Source: Phaeosaccion multiseriatum (Eukaryota > Protista > Ochrophyta, other classes). Taken from it: a stretch of 64,000 bases of DNA. The notes beneath the pieces are model-generated. The model ran no database searches. It saw only the letters and a program-made list of their open reading frames with translations, and was not told where the DNA came from. Position numbers and translations under genes: made by a program. Every line of letters begins with the position of its first letter. Positions within the stretch are counted from its first letter, which is position 1. The stretch lies in assembly GCA_965112735.1 (NCBI GenBank), contig OZ218950.1:6820001-6884000 (forward strand). The letters are read 5' to 3'. Of the stretch, positions 1 to 13,000 are shown piece by piece.

Positions 1-811
1 AGAGCTTCTCGTGGCCTCGAATCTCCGCCTCGTCGTGTCCATCGCTCGGAGATATCGCTTCCACGGGGCGGCGTTGGAGGACTTGATTCAGGACGGGACA
101 ATGGGTTTGATCCGGGCGGCAGAGAAGTACGACCCGACTCGAGGCTTTCGGTTCAGTACCTATGCCACGTGGTGGATCCGGCAGAGAGTGCAAATGTCGG
201 TGAAAAAGCAACGCCTCGTCAAGCTTCCCATTCGTATGCAGGACCAGTCGGAGAAGATTCGGCGGACGGGCTTGCTCGTGTGTAACGTCACGGGGGAGTA
301 TATAAGCATGGAGGAGGTGGCCGAAAGGCTCAACATCACCACGGCGAGGGTGCAGGAGGTGAAGTTAAAGATGAGGCCGCATTTCTCGCTGGACTTCCCC
401 AATCGGTCGGGTGGCATGCAGAAGGTGGCGGACAATGCCGCTGACGGGAGCCAGTCGACGGTGGGAGACAACTTGTCTTCAAGGAGTGCGTTGGCGGACG
501 TCGGTATTGACTACTCGCTCCTACGGTCTCAGCTGGAGTGTTGCATGCACGTGGAGCTCAGTCAGCTCGAGAGAGACATCGTACGGATGCGCATTGGTTT
601 GGACGATGGGCGAGCAAAGACTGCCAAGGAGCTGGCGGATGTGTTTCAGATGCCGGCGAGGGTGATTCTTCGGGAGGAGAAGGCGGCGATATCCAAGCTG
701 CGGGAGTCGCACGCCACCTTCGGGTTGAAGAGAGACTACTTTCAGAAGATTGGGATGCCGCAGCAAGAGTGGCCAACCTTCGCCGGACTACGGCCTGAGA
801 AGGCTGCCTGA
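1..811 (+). CDS. RNA polymerase sigma-70 factor, probably nucleus-encoded and plastid-targeted; 5' part lies outside the window
   Basis: Region 2 motifs [46 protein letters not shown], plus a region 4 HTH-like C-terminus ([19 protein letters not shown]...E..AISKLR). Eukaryotic context. Confidence 0.9.
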   Translation, partial: ELLVASNLRLVVSIARRYRFHGAALEDLIQDGTMGLIRAAEKYDPTRGFRFSTYATWWIRQRVQMSVKKQRLVKLPIRMQDQSEKIRRTGLLVCNVTGEYISMEEVAERLNITTARVQEVKLKMRPHFSLDFPNRSGGMQKVADNAADGSQSTVGDNLSSRSALADVGIDYSLLRSQLECCMHVELSQLERDIVRMRIGLDDGRAKTAKELADVFQMPARVILREEKAAISKLRESHATFGLKRDYFQKIGMPQQEWPTFAGLRPEKAA

Positions 812-1004
812 GAAGGCGGGGGCGACCACTCTTATATAAATATATATATACACACATAAATAGAGAGCTCTCATTTTCTTTTCTTCCTCCCACTTCCCAC
901 TTCCCTCCCTTACTTCCTCCGTCCTCCCACCTTCTAGTGTACAAAAACGCAAGGGGATTGACTTTACAGGAATCACCTTATAAATATATGGAAGGGAGTG
1001 AGGG

Positions 1005-1184
<180 letters not shown>

Positions 1185-1622
1185 CTGGGGCCAGCGCGGG
1201 GGGCCTGTTACTCTCCCTCTGGGTCAGGGAGAGGGAGGGCAGGACCTGCTCCGCGGTTGAGCCGGCCCAGGAAGGCGCGTTCACGCTCCGAGAGCCACAT
1301 CTGGTGACTGCAGCTGACGATCCGGCGGAGTCGGGTCAGGACGTGGCCCTTGGCGGAGGAGCCGGTGCGGCCGGTGCGAGAGACGACGTGTTCCGCGAGG
1401 GCGTGTAAGAGGGACTGCGCCTGTGAGTCGAGTCGTCTGTGCGTCTCGATGGCGAAGGTAAGTCGTAAGGCGAACTCGTGGGTCGGTAGGTGTTGAAGGT
1501 GTTGGCGTGTTGGCGTAAGGGGGGGGGGGAAACAAAACTAAAATTCAAACGCGAGCGAAACGGATTTATGAAAGAGGGAAAAATCCGTCACATAAATAAG
1601 CATAGCAGTAGCAGCAGGACGG

Positions 1623-3724
1623 ATGGGTGTAGACGAGGCTGAGAGGGGGGGAGGGGAAAGGGACTCCCTTCTTGGCGGGAGTAGGGTGATGGAGGAGCAG
1701 CAGCAGGCGCCCTTGGCAAGTGACCCCCTGGTGCACAAGAGACAACATCCCCCACAAGTCCCCACGGCAACGCCGAGCATCATAAAGCCCGGGCGAGACG
1801 ACGGGCCACCTGGAAAAAAGGGCGTGGGTGGCTATAGAGCAGCTCTGGGTGCCGCTTACATGCTCGCCATGGGCGTGTGCGGTATTGTTCTCGTCGCTCT
1901 GGGCAGCACTCTGGAGGACCTTGCTGAGAATTGCGGCAAGACTTCCACTGAGGCAAGTGGGCTAGCAAGTCAAGTCCTTTGCGCTCATACCGCTCCGTTC
2001 ATTGGCTTGTTATTCTCTTGTCTACACACGGCTTATCGACTGTCGTCCCGCGTTATGCTCCTCCCCCCCCCCCCCTTCCTTCGCTGCTCGTTACTTTTGC
2101 GCTGGCTCTCAACTGTAGGTTGCGTCGGTGTTTGTTGCGCGAGGAGTGGGAGCCATCATGGGCGCTCTCTCGTCGGCCAAGCTGTACAAATTAATGTTTG
2201 GCAACAGTGTGATGATGTGCACTCTCTCCATGCTCGCACTTGCCCTTATCTACATGCCCTTCGTCACCTCGGTGGTGACCCTGCACATTGCCTTCTTCTT
2301 CCTGGGACTGTGCACCGCAATCACAGATACGGGCTGCCAGATTATGACGCGTAAGGTTCACGGTAAAGAGGCCGGCCCGTGGCTGGGCGCCAACACCGTG
2401 GCCTTTGGCATCAGTGGTGCCCTCGTCCCGCTCATTGCCTACGTGACGGGCAGTCTGTTTGTTCAGTACTCCATCCTGGCCTGTGTTGCCACCTTGGTCT
2501 CCGTATTCCTACTCCTCATTCCGGCTCCAGAGAAGCGCATGGGAATGATCCTGGGCGGAGGACCGCCACGACCCAAGACCGGCACCGCGGTGGGGGGCGC
2601 CGCGGGCATCACCACCACCACCAACAACAACAACAACAACAAGATGACCTTCTGTGAAACATACAAGACGGAGATTGTCATCGGCTGCATGGTGTTCTGG
2701 CTCATTGGCGGCAAGGTAGCCATTACGGCCTACCTCACGCAGTACATTTCAGACACGGGCGTCATGAGTGACTCCAACGCCGATCTCCTCATTGTGGTGC
2801 TCTGGAGCGCCATCACAGTTGGCAGACTAGCCGGTCTGCAGGACCAGCGCACCCTCACCCTCGCCCGCCTCTACGAGCACTCTACGATACTCTTCATGGT
2901 CGGGGCCTCCTTCATGTTTATGGTGATCTGCTTTCCTAACAACGCGGCGGTGTTGTGGGTGTGCGTTGCTGGCTATGGCATGTTTAACGGCCCCACTGTG
3001 GGCTATTGCTACGATCTCAACAATCGACTCACCAACCCCTCCGAGACGGGCATGAGGTGAGGAGAAGGATGGCAGCAGATGGTGGATATGGCAGCAGAAG
3101 GCGTGCGTGCCTTTCATTCACTCCCTGTGTGTAGTCACACTTTTTCTATTCTTCTGGTCCCCCCCTCCCGACCTCCCTCCCTGCCTGCCTCCCTGCTTCC
3201 CTCGCTGCCTGCCTGCCTCCCTGCCTCCCTCCCTCCCTCCCTCCCTCCCTCCCTCCCTCCCTCCCTCCCTCCCTCCCTATCTCCCTCGTGACCCCTTGAC
3301 GCTGCTTTCTCATCGGCGCCCCTCGCTCTCGCTGCTGCGCTTTCTCTCCTCTCGGCTTGCCTGCCTGCCGGTGTGCTTGTCTGTCTGCCGGCCGGCCTGC
3401 CTGCCTGCCTGCCGGCCTGCCTACCTGCCTGTCTGCCTACCTGACCGTCTGCCTACCTGGCTGTCTGTCTGTCTGTCTGTCTGTCTGTCGATACGCCTTG
3501 CTGTCTGTCTGTCTGTCTGTCGTGTATACGTGTGTGCGTGCGTGCGCAGTGTGGTCATGTTCGGCCTGAACTTCGGGGCCTCCGCCATTCCCTACACCCT
3601 GGCGGGACTCTGGGACCTCTTCTCGTGGCCCTACGTGCTTATTTACACCGTGTTCCTCAGCCACATTCTGCCCTACCCTCTGATGATCAAGGCGCGCTCG
3701 ATGCATGAGAAGGATCAGCGATGA
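1623..3724 (+). CDS. MFS transporter (MFSD4/fucose-permease-like); 3 exons 1623-1952, 2119-3056, 3550-3724
   Basis: Many TM helices, with LGSTLEDLA, GLCTAITDTGCQ, AFGISGALVP and GMFNGPT motifs. Exons join in frame through a GC-AG intron (AG|GCAAGT at 1953, acceptor 2118) and a GT-AG intron (3057-3549). Confidence 0.85.
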
Positions 3725-4149
3725 GTGAGTGAGCACGCGCGCGCTCTTTCTCTCTCTCGCTCTCTTTCGTCTTCTCCTCTTTCCCACCTTACTCCTGAGC
3801 GCTGCCTTTCATGGAGTATGAAGCTTTGGCGCGCGGACGAGGAGGTGGAGACTGATTGTTTGAATTCCCTCCCTCGGAAGAGGAGGGACAGCGGCAGCTT
3901 CTGCAGCAGCAGTTGGCTCAGACAGCTCCCTTTGTTTTCATCTCCCTCTCTTGAACGAGTGGGGGAGAGGGGCTTGGGAGGCAGGGGTGGAAGGGCACCA
4001 CGGCTGCAAGCATTCATCTCTATCGTGCTGTTTATTTGGCGTAGACAGCAAGGTACATTTTTGAATTGGGCTAAAAGGGTAGCGCTATTAGGCTGAAAGG
4101 GGAGCGTGGCCGTGATGCGAGCGAGCATCGAGGCTCAAGATAAGGTCTC

Positions 4150-5262
4150 TCCATTTTTGTAATTTATATACTGTACACGATATAAGCCTACGATAGTAAC
4201 TTTTATTGCGTTTATTGCAAGCCGTTCGTGTGTTAACGGCCACATCACTCCTAGGAAGTCCGACACGGCGACGCGGTAGAGGGCGAGTTGGCAAGCCCCG
4301 CTTTCCTCGTCGGGGAAGAGATGCTGGAATTTGGCATTGACGTGGCCAATCTGCTTCTTGGTCTTTGCCAAGGTCTGCAACTGTCCAAAAGTAACGTCTC
4401 GCCGCCCCGGGGAACTTGGCCCCCCCCCCCCCGTATCCCTCTGACTCGGCAGTCCTCCCCATCGGAACAAAGTTGATACCAGCCAGGACCCTGTGTCGAA
4501 TCGATCGCTCGTGCCCGCTGGAGCGCCACAGCCAATCGCCGCCGAATGACGCAAACAGCTCTCACATAAGCCCTCATGTCCAGATGTTCGTGCCCCCCAG
4601 CCATGCCATGTGGGTGGCGAGTGTTTTCATGTTTTCATAAACATCTCAGCAGACGGACCAAAGGCGCCTTGCTGTTCCATCCCAACAGAGACGAAATGGT
4701 ACCTCGTGGGGTCATAATGGATGTCTCTACCCTGGCCTTCCATGCCTTCCCCTGGCACCCCATACTTGGTGCGCTTGGTTGCTTCAGCCTTCTTGTGGCC
4801 GCCGCGAGTGCCTCCTTCGATGCCTTGGCCCTATTGGTGATGTTGGTGGCATCAGTGAGCGTGATGTCAATCAGCAAAGACTTGTGGCCATCCCCATATT
4901 CGTGGTCGGATGGAAGCTCAAACATCCTGGGGGGAGCCACAATGTCCATCTCCATCTGTTTGGCCACGTGGGCGTCACCCCTCACGCCGTTGCTCCCCCC
5001 TCTCCCTCGTCTCGCGGTGACTGTTCTTTCCCTCATGAAGAAGGGGAGGCCGGTGTTCTGCACTATCCCTCTGCCCAGGCCCTCATTCTTCAGCCACGCG
5101 ACAAGTGCCTTCTGCACAGCGTCATGTTGGGGTGTGCCGAGCCCCGTCTTAGTGCAGGTGACGATATGCCCCTCCGTCAGCGCCTTGCCGGGGCACTTAT
5201 GGCAATCCTTGCTGTAGGTGGGGTCGATACCGAGTCGTCTCCCCGATCCTCCACCCCCCCGG
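4150..5262 (-). mobile_element. Decayed, 5'-truncated 3' end of a restriction-like-endonuclease (CRE/R2-type) non-LTR retrotransposon
   Basis: Across frameshifts it reads a CCHC knuckle (CHKC...GHIVTC...QHDAVQKAL), then MDIV and LLIDITLTD, then AEATKRTKY, FVSVGMEQQGAFGPSA and RRRLAVALQRARA. This is the canonical RLE C-terminal motif order. AATAAA signals occur on the minus strand near 4200-4217. No RT domain remains. Confidence 0.75.
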
Positions 5263-5903
5263 GCACACACACACACACCCACACACACACATTTGCAGAC
5301 ACTCCCAGTTTCAGCTTATTAGGTTAATTTCCCCCGGGCGACGCTCTATCACCAACACAGCCACAAAAGGGAATAATCCGAATCGTCGTGTGGAAGGCAC
5401 GCAATTGTTTTTACGCCCCTCGTCCTGAGCGAAGAGGGGCTTTGCCTTCTTGGGTGGTAACGATAGGACTCGCTCGCCATGTTTCCTTTTCCACACCCCC
5501 CCTTTCTTTCATACCTCTGAGATACAGAACTAGGAAAAGAAAAAAAAGGGGGGGGAAACCAAAGCCGCTTGCTCCCCGTCCTACTCTCCATTGTACGGCA
5601 GGTGCGGCGAGAACGAATCAGAGGAGAGGCGATAGTCGTGGTAAGGAGGAGCCTAGAGAGGTTTTTCGCGTGCGAGCGTAGCGAGTACGCTTTGTTTCTT
5701 TCCGTCCTTCAATCCCTCCCCCCCCCGCCCCCACCTTCCCAGACACAGATGGCACTTAAGGGGTTGTCATCTGCCCCCCTGTTCGTATGGAGTTATCTTT
5801 CGAGCCCGCTTGCTCACACAACTCTTCGCTGTCCCTATATCCCTCGCTCTCACGCCTGTGGCCTGTTATATATCTTTCCTCCATATCTTCCCCTGTGGCT
5901 TTA

Positions 5904-5984
<81 letters not shown>

Positions 5985-8917
5985 TCTCTCTTCTCTCTCT
6001 CTCCATGTCTCTCTCTCTCTCTAAGCAAGGCCAGCAGCCAGCCTGGTTGGACTCTCTCCCGTTGTCCTCCGCTTAACTCCCATTCCCTCGCTTCGCTCAC
6101 CATAATTGTTGCTACCCCAGCAAACCACGTCATTGGTGTTCCGAATCTTTGGTCGTTGGAGGGAATGGATACCAGGGCGCCTGCCTGTCTGTCTCTCCTC
6201 CTCATTGGCTTGTTTTGTTCTCTTTTGTATGTGTGTGTGTATGCTGCAGTACGGAAGGGCCGGAGACGTGCTGGAATTCAACCTAAAGGACGGCGCAGGT
6301 AGTACCTGCGCACCACTGAGTCTTACACAAACCACTGTCCTCAATGGTGTAACGGATGGTCATCCTGCGATGGGCTGCGTACCAGCCTCGTCCATTGGCG
6401 GGGCAGCATCCTGCAGCCTGCCAGGTTCGGCAACGTAGGGAGCGAATGCGTCTGGACCTACACCGTGCCTGAAGTCGGTAAGAAGGGCATAGCCCTCAGG
6501 TATGGTTCTAGTACGGTCGAGGCTCTGATCACTTTTACTGTATAGCGGCGCACGTAGCTTCAAATTGCCGTACTCTTGCTGTGCGCCCCTCCTACCACTG
6601 GGATGCCTGGTGGTGTCTCCTCCGCGCACCGCCTCAAAGCCCCTAGCTAATGACGCCAGGAATGCCACCTACTGACGTCACGAGCTCCCCTCGCTCGTTG
6701 CATGTGTGATGGCTCAGGTTGCGGTAACGTAGACGTAGTAGTGCCTACCTGCGAGCCTGGCTATAGGTTTGTAGCCCCATCCACCGCCAGCCAAATGCCC
6801 GTGTTCTGAATGCCCGGGAGGCATGTTGAGTACGGGAGGGACGACAGATGGCTGGTGAGTCAGTGGGGCCCCTGAGTTGGATTCCCTCGTTGGGTGGGGG
6901 GAGGGAGGCAACTTGAAACCTTACTTCGTCAAGCAATCGCAACTGTAAATAACGAGTGAGGGGTAAAGAGGAAGGGAAGTGGGACCGAAGAGAGGCGGCG
7001 GTGGGGGTGGGAGGAAGGCAGGAAGAAAGGGCAGATGGGAAGTAGGGCGGGAGGGAGGGGCAACTCTGGGGAGCAGGAAGGGAGGCCGGCGGGCAGGCAG
7101 GCAGGCAGGAAGGAAGGAAGGAAGGAAGGACTGAAGGAAGAGAGTGTGGCAGGGAGGAGGGAAGCGAGGTTCAGGGTGCGATGTCCGTCGATCTCCAACC
7201 AAGCCCTTGAAAGATGTTGGGTACTCTCTCGTGGGAGGAGCGCTGTAGGGAGTGTCGGGGTGCACAGAGCGCTTTGGTGTTACGTGGATGCAAGAAGCAA
7301 CAAGAAAGGGGGCTGTGCCGCGCCGCCCCTTCGCTTCATTGTCCGTCTGAAGCAGACCTTGCTTTGCATGGCCTCTTGCTTCGAGACAGCCAAGCAATGG
7401 TGTGGTATAGAAGCGCGCACACTGCCTCATGCTGCATTGAATTGCCCTTCTCCTGCTTGGTTGGCTGGGCGATCTTCATCATTCTCCCTCTTGCCTCGTC
7501 CACCCTTTTCTCCCTTCCTTCATCACCCCACAGCCTGCCTGGCCTGCCCCCCCCTCCAAGAGAGTAGCGAGCTGTTTGATGTAAAGTGCATAGCCTGTAA
7601 CTCCACGGACGGCAAGTGCTCTGCTTGCTTGTTCGACAGGACATTTCCAAGACCCTGTTGGATCAGGTGAGCGTTCATTTTCGTACCTGCTGGTGAACCT
7701 GCCTGCTTCGGGCAAGCAGGCAAGGCAGGCAAGGCAGGCAAGGCAGGCAGACAGGCACTCGTTTGACTTGCGTGAGCTCTCTGCCGCTCCAGACCCGGCC
7801 CCGGTGATGGTCAGGAGCTCACCCTCCTCTTTCCTCCTTGTCGCTTTGTCTACCTCTGCGATTCTCCTCCTCCCTCTCTGACGGACATTCGTGCATCCTG
7901 ACCCTGCCATCATCAGCATGCCGAGCCTGCACCGAGCTTCAGTCCCAGGAGGAGGCCCATTCATGTGAGTGAGAGTGGGTACCTCTGGGCAGGGTAGGAG
8001 GTCTTGCTTGTGGGTGGTCATTGCCTTGCGTAGCAGTGCCGGTGTGGAAGTGTCTCATGGGGTGGCAGACACCTCCGGCTGTGAATGCGCTGGCCTTTGG
8101 GACTTTTATCACTCTGGCGCGTGGACTTCCCCGAGTGATGGACACTAAAACTCGCTGGGCTCCTTGTGGCTGGCGCGCCCTCTGTATACTGGCTTAGCTA
8201 TGCGCCCCCCTGCCCTGCCGCAGCAGCTGACCGACCCCACCGCTTTTGCCTCCTCTGCCCATCTTGTTGTACTTGTGCTGTTTTGGTAGCTAGGCTTCAG
8301 TGGGGCCATGGGTGACCCGATGGTTATTGGATTTGGGTCCGAAACAACCTACCTCTTTACCGGCCACAGCACAACAACAACAAGTGGTACGCCGCCTTGG
8401 GTGAGGAGCATCTCCAGTCCAATTGGCGCCTGCCCGTATTCCCAACTTGTGAAGACGGTACCAAGCCGGTGAGGAGCCAGAGAGATGAGAGAGATGGTGG
8501 GGATGGATGGCCAGGAGAAGAGAGAAGAGTCGTTTGGAGCGAACTTTCCCCCTGGCTGGGCTGGTGGTGGTGGTGGTGGTGGAGGAGACAGGCCTTTTCG
8601 CCGGTCTTTGTCTTTGAAGCTTCTATTGCCTGCTTGTCTTGTGTCGTTTATTTTTGTTCTTGATTCGTGATGCATTTCCCCTCCCATGTCTTCCCCTGGA
8701 CGAGCTTGTTGGCTCACTCATGAGCTCTCTCTCTCTTCGTGTGTGTACCCCCCCCTGGCCAGAAGCTGTGCGCCCCTAATACCTTGACTGACCTTACCAC
8801 ACCACACACGCACGCACGCACACACACCCAAACATACATACACACACATACACACACACACGCACACGCACCCAGACACACAATACGGGGGCGTCCTTTA
8901 CGTTAATTCCCCACAAG

Positions 8918-9803
8918 GAAGAGGAGGAGGAGGCCGACGCAAGAGACTCGTCCTCGAACAGCAAGACCGCTTTGAGAAAGGGCGGGGGCGGCGGGGCAGG
9001 CAGACAGGGCAGCAAGAGCAAGAGCACCATCAACAAGCCGAAGAAGGTGTCGAAGGTGCTGGTAGAGGTGATCGATGACAGCAAGTACAACCCGGGGTAC
9101 ATTAAGGGCGAGGACTTGGAGCTTCGTGCAGAGCCAATCCATGGCTATGGCTCCCTCAGGGTCGGCATCGAAGGGAAGGGGTACGTTACACCAGGGCTCT
9201 ATCGCATGGCCAATGGCGGTACAGTCATGGCGTTTAACGCGTACTACGGGCCGTGCCAGGTGAAGCGGGACATACACATGATGGAGATGCTGAACCATGA
9301 GGCGAAACTCAAGGAAGCCTCTTTCCGTTGCCGCCTCTCGCAGATGGCAGAAAAGGACGACGACCTTGTAGCTCTGCTGGCCGTGGAGTCACAACTGGGC
9401 AGGGCGGAGGACAGAGCGCTCTGTGAGGAGTGGATCGCGGACAAACGCGTCAAGAGGAACCTCTACACCGAGCCGGGCTCGTGGGCCACCGTCTTTTATC
9501 TTCACAGACACGTACTCCTTTGAAGTGGACTATCGACAAGAGACTGAGCGCTGCTTCGCGTATGTGCTCGACGTGGGATTCATGCACAAGCCGAACGACA
9601 TTGGCGTGGAGCGTTGGAGCGGCATCATCGGAGAGACACAGGTGCCAAGGCTCGACGGCGAGGGCAAGCACGTCTTGAAAGAAATAGCTCTCATTCTGTC
9701 CTCCCCCAAGGACGAGGACTACGTCGTGGACGGGCCCTGGGGAACGGACTTCGTCGCAAGGCTGGACAGCGCATGGGAAGGGCCGAAGTCGCCGTCCAAG
9801 TGA
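8918..9803 (+). pseudogene. Terminal exon of an unknown protein gene carrying a 1-nt frameshift (pseudogene or assembly indel)
   Basis: Acceptor cacaag| near 8917. GC3-rich coding sequence in ORFs 8972-9523 and 9423-9803 joins into ...WATVFIFTDTYSF... if one T is removed from the TTTT at 9494-9497. No family recognised. Confidence 0.5.
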
Positions 9804-10019
9804 GAGCCGCCGTGGCCCTTGGCAGTAGCTAGTATGCTTATATAAAGAGAGAGGAAGAAGATGGAAAAGGTAGTAGTACTTACTGGGGGGGGCTTAAACT
9901 AACTCCAACTGACTTAAGCTAACTCAAGATAACTCAGTCCTGCCACCTTCAGATGAGGCCGTGGCAGAAGCGCAGGCCAACTCAGTTTTGACGCCGACTA
10001 ACTCAGATTTGTGATTTGC

Positions 10020-13000
10020 TTATCCATCTATTTCTTCGCACTCTGTTTTGTCAAACAGGTTGCAGCATAGTTCGTATCTTTGGAACGTAAAGTACGCGCT
10101 GAGGTTAAATGACTGGCAAAGCAGTTCGTCTTCGTCGTTGCAAGCCCAGAATCCAAGTTCAGTCCCGAAAGCGACATTCGTTCCTATAAGCGGGCAGTTA
10201 TCGATGTTGTCGTACTTGTACTCGAAATGAAGGAAACTCACAAAACTCTCGTAGATCTCATCCGTGCAGACAGTGGTATCACCGTACGTAAAGAATATTT
10301 CGGTCAAGGGAATTTGTATGGTGGGGCTACTGCCGTCGAAGAAACCAGGGGACCCTCCAAACAGTCCAAAAGGGGTTTGCGTTTGAACAGGAAAGTACCT
10401 CTCACTGAATTTCTCCGGATCGGGGTCTCCATTTTTTTGTGGTACGAGGCTTTCGGTTAACCCAACCCACAGGCTCACGCTGAGAAACTCGAAACACTCC
10501 GGGTAGAATTGCGTCATAGTGAGTCGAAGCGTATCCAGGGTTGGGTCCGTACCCACGTCGAAATCAACTTCAAATTCCACAATGTCAATTGGTATTCCAA
10601 AAATGTCAAATGACGACGTCGCCACGAAGAATCTATGTTGTGAGGTGAAGGCCGTGAACTTGTCTTCGGGGCACGTTGGCGAAGTCCCCGTACAATGCTC
10701 CTTCACATCAGCACGACAGCAAGTGTCCCTGCATACCTTCGTGCTCGGTTGAAAGGTATCGGGACAGCCAGGTGAAATCCCATCGCAGTAGTCCGTAACA
10801 TCGCAAGAGGCAGTTGCGCCTCGGCAAATGTTGTTCGCTGGTACATAGACATCATCGGGGCAGTCAGCTGAAGTTCCATCGCACGTCTCCGCAACATCGC
10901 AAACGCCAGCTTTGGGTCGGCATTCATCGTTGCCTGTTACAAACACATCAGCGGGGCAGCCAGCTGAAGTTCCATCGCACGTCTCGGCAACATCGCAAAG
11001 GCCAGCTTTGGGCCGGCATTCAACGTTGTCCGCTGCAAAGACATCAGCGGGGCAGTCAGCTGAAGTTCCATCGCACGTCTCGGCAGCATCGCAAAGGCCA
11101 GCTTTGGGTCGGCATTCAACGTTGCCCGCTACAAAGACATCAGCGGGGCAGCCAGCTGAAGTTCCATCGCACGTCTCGGCAGCATCGCAAAGGCCATCTT
11201 TGGGTCGGCATTCAACGTTGCCCGCTACAAAGACATCAGCGGGGCAGTCAGCTGAAGTTCCATCGCACGACTCGGCAGCATCGCAAAGGCCAGCTTTGGG
11301 TCGGCATTCAACGTTGCCCGCTACAAAGACATCAGCGGGGCAGTCAGCTGAAGCTCCATCGCACGACTCGGCAGCATCGCAAAGGCCAGCTTTGGGTCGG
11401 CATTCAACGTTGCCCGCTACAAAGACATCAGCGGGGCAGTCAGCTGAAGTTCCATCGCACGACTCGGCAGCATCGCAAAGGCCAGCTTTGGGTCGGCATT
11501 CAACGTTGTCCGCTACAAAGACATCAGCGGGGCAGTCAGCTGAAGTTCCATCGCACGTCTCGGCAGCATCGCAAAGGCCAGCTTTGGGTCGGCATTCAAC
11601 GTTGTCCGCTACAAAGACATCAGCGGGGCAGTCAGCTGAAGTTCCATCGCACGACTCGGCAGCATCGCAAAGGCCAGCTTTGGGTCGGCATTCAACGTTG
11701 TCCGCTACAAAGACATCAGCGGGGCAGCCAGCTGAAGTTCCATCGCACGACTCGGCAGCATCGCAAAGGCCAGCTTTGGGTCGGCATTCAACGTTGCCCG
11801 CTGCAAAGACATCAGCGGGGCAGTCAGCTGAAGTTCCATCGCACGTCTCGGCAACATCGCAAAGGCCAGCTTTGGGTCGGCATTCAACGTTGCCCGCTAC
11901 AAAGACATCAGCGGGGCAGTCAGCTGAAGCTCCATCGCACGTCTCGGCAGCATCGCAAAGGCCAGCTTTGGGTCGGCATTCAACGTTGCCCGCTACAAAG
12001 ACATCAGCGGGGCAGTCAGCTGAAGTTCCATCGCACGTCTCGGCAACATCGCAAAGGCCATCTTTGGGTCGGCATTCAACGTTGCCCGCTACAAAGACAT
12101 CAGCGGGGCAGTCAGCTGAAGTTCCATCGCACGTCTCGGCAACATCGCAAAGGCCATCTTTGGGTCGGCATTCAACGTTGCCCGCTACAAAGACATCAGC
12201 GGGGCAGTCAGCTGAAGTTCCATCGCACGTCTCGGCAACATCGCAAAGGCCATCTTTGGGTCGGCATACTTCACCATTCCCCTTCACCGAGCAGTCCTCA
12301 TTACAGCACTCGTGAATTCCTGGTTCACAGTCTTCTCCTAACTCGACTACACCATTGCCACAGACCGGAGCCTGCGGAGGCGGCGTCACGGGGGCGGGCG
12401 TATCCGGCGCCTGGGGGGCAGGGGTGGGAGCAGCGGTGGGGGCTGCGGGCAGTGGGGGAAGGGAAGAGGGGAAGGGGTGTATTGTGTGAGTAAGTATTAG
12501 TAGGAGTTACACTCGATAGGTTTCTCGCTCTGCTTGTGCGCGTGGAAACGAAGCCGCAAAGAGGCAGGCCACGGAGGCAAAACAAAACAAAAACTCCTAG
12601 GGGAGTGAAGGCAAGTCGAGGCGAGGGTAGACACACACACACAGAGAGAGAGAGAGATAGAGAGAGAGGATAAAGAGACTCCTCCACTCACCAAGAGTTG
12701 GGTGTGCGACGGGGGCGGGCGTAGGTGGCATCGTAGGAGCATGCGTAGGCGGTGCCGTCCAAGCGGGTGTTGGCGGTGTAACGGTGGCAGGGGTCGGATC
12801 GGGACTGCAGTCGTCCTCGGGGCAGGGCACAGGCTGGCCATCATCATCCGTCACGTCGGGACCACAGAGGCGGCAGTAGGTGCCACAACCGTGGGGGTTG
12901 CAGTCGTCGGGAACGGTGGTGTCCGTCTTCTTGCCACCCTTGTCGCTCTTCTTGTTGCCGCCTTTGTCACTCTTCGTGCCGCCCTTGGACGTCTTGGACC

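Noticed and set aside
1-811. Sigma-70 as bacterial contamination or recent HGT
   Set aside because: It is contiguous with spliced eukaryotic genes, and nuclear sigma factors for the plastid polymerase are expected in algae.
10827-12266. CRISPR array or diversity-generating retroelement explanation for the 96-bp repeats
   Set aside because: The units are contiguous with no unique spacers and are in-frame coding. There are no cas genes, RT or template/variable-region pair, and the variation is not adenine-specific.
10814-12493. Long plus-strand ORFs (559 and 467 aa) over the repeat array
   Set aside because: They are antisense shadows of a stop-free 96-bp unit; only the minus frame gives a recognisable domain and spliced gene.
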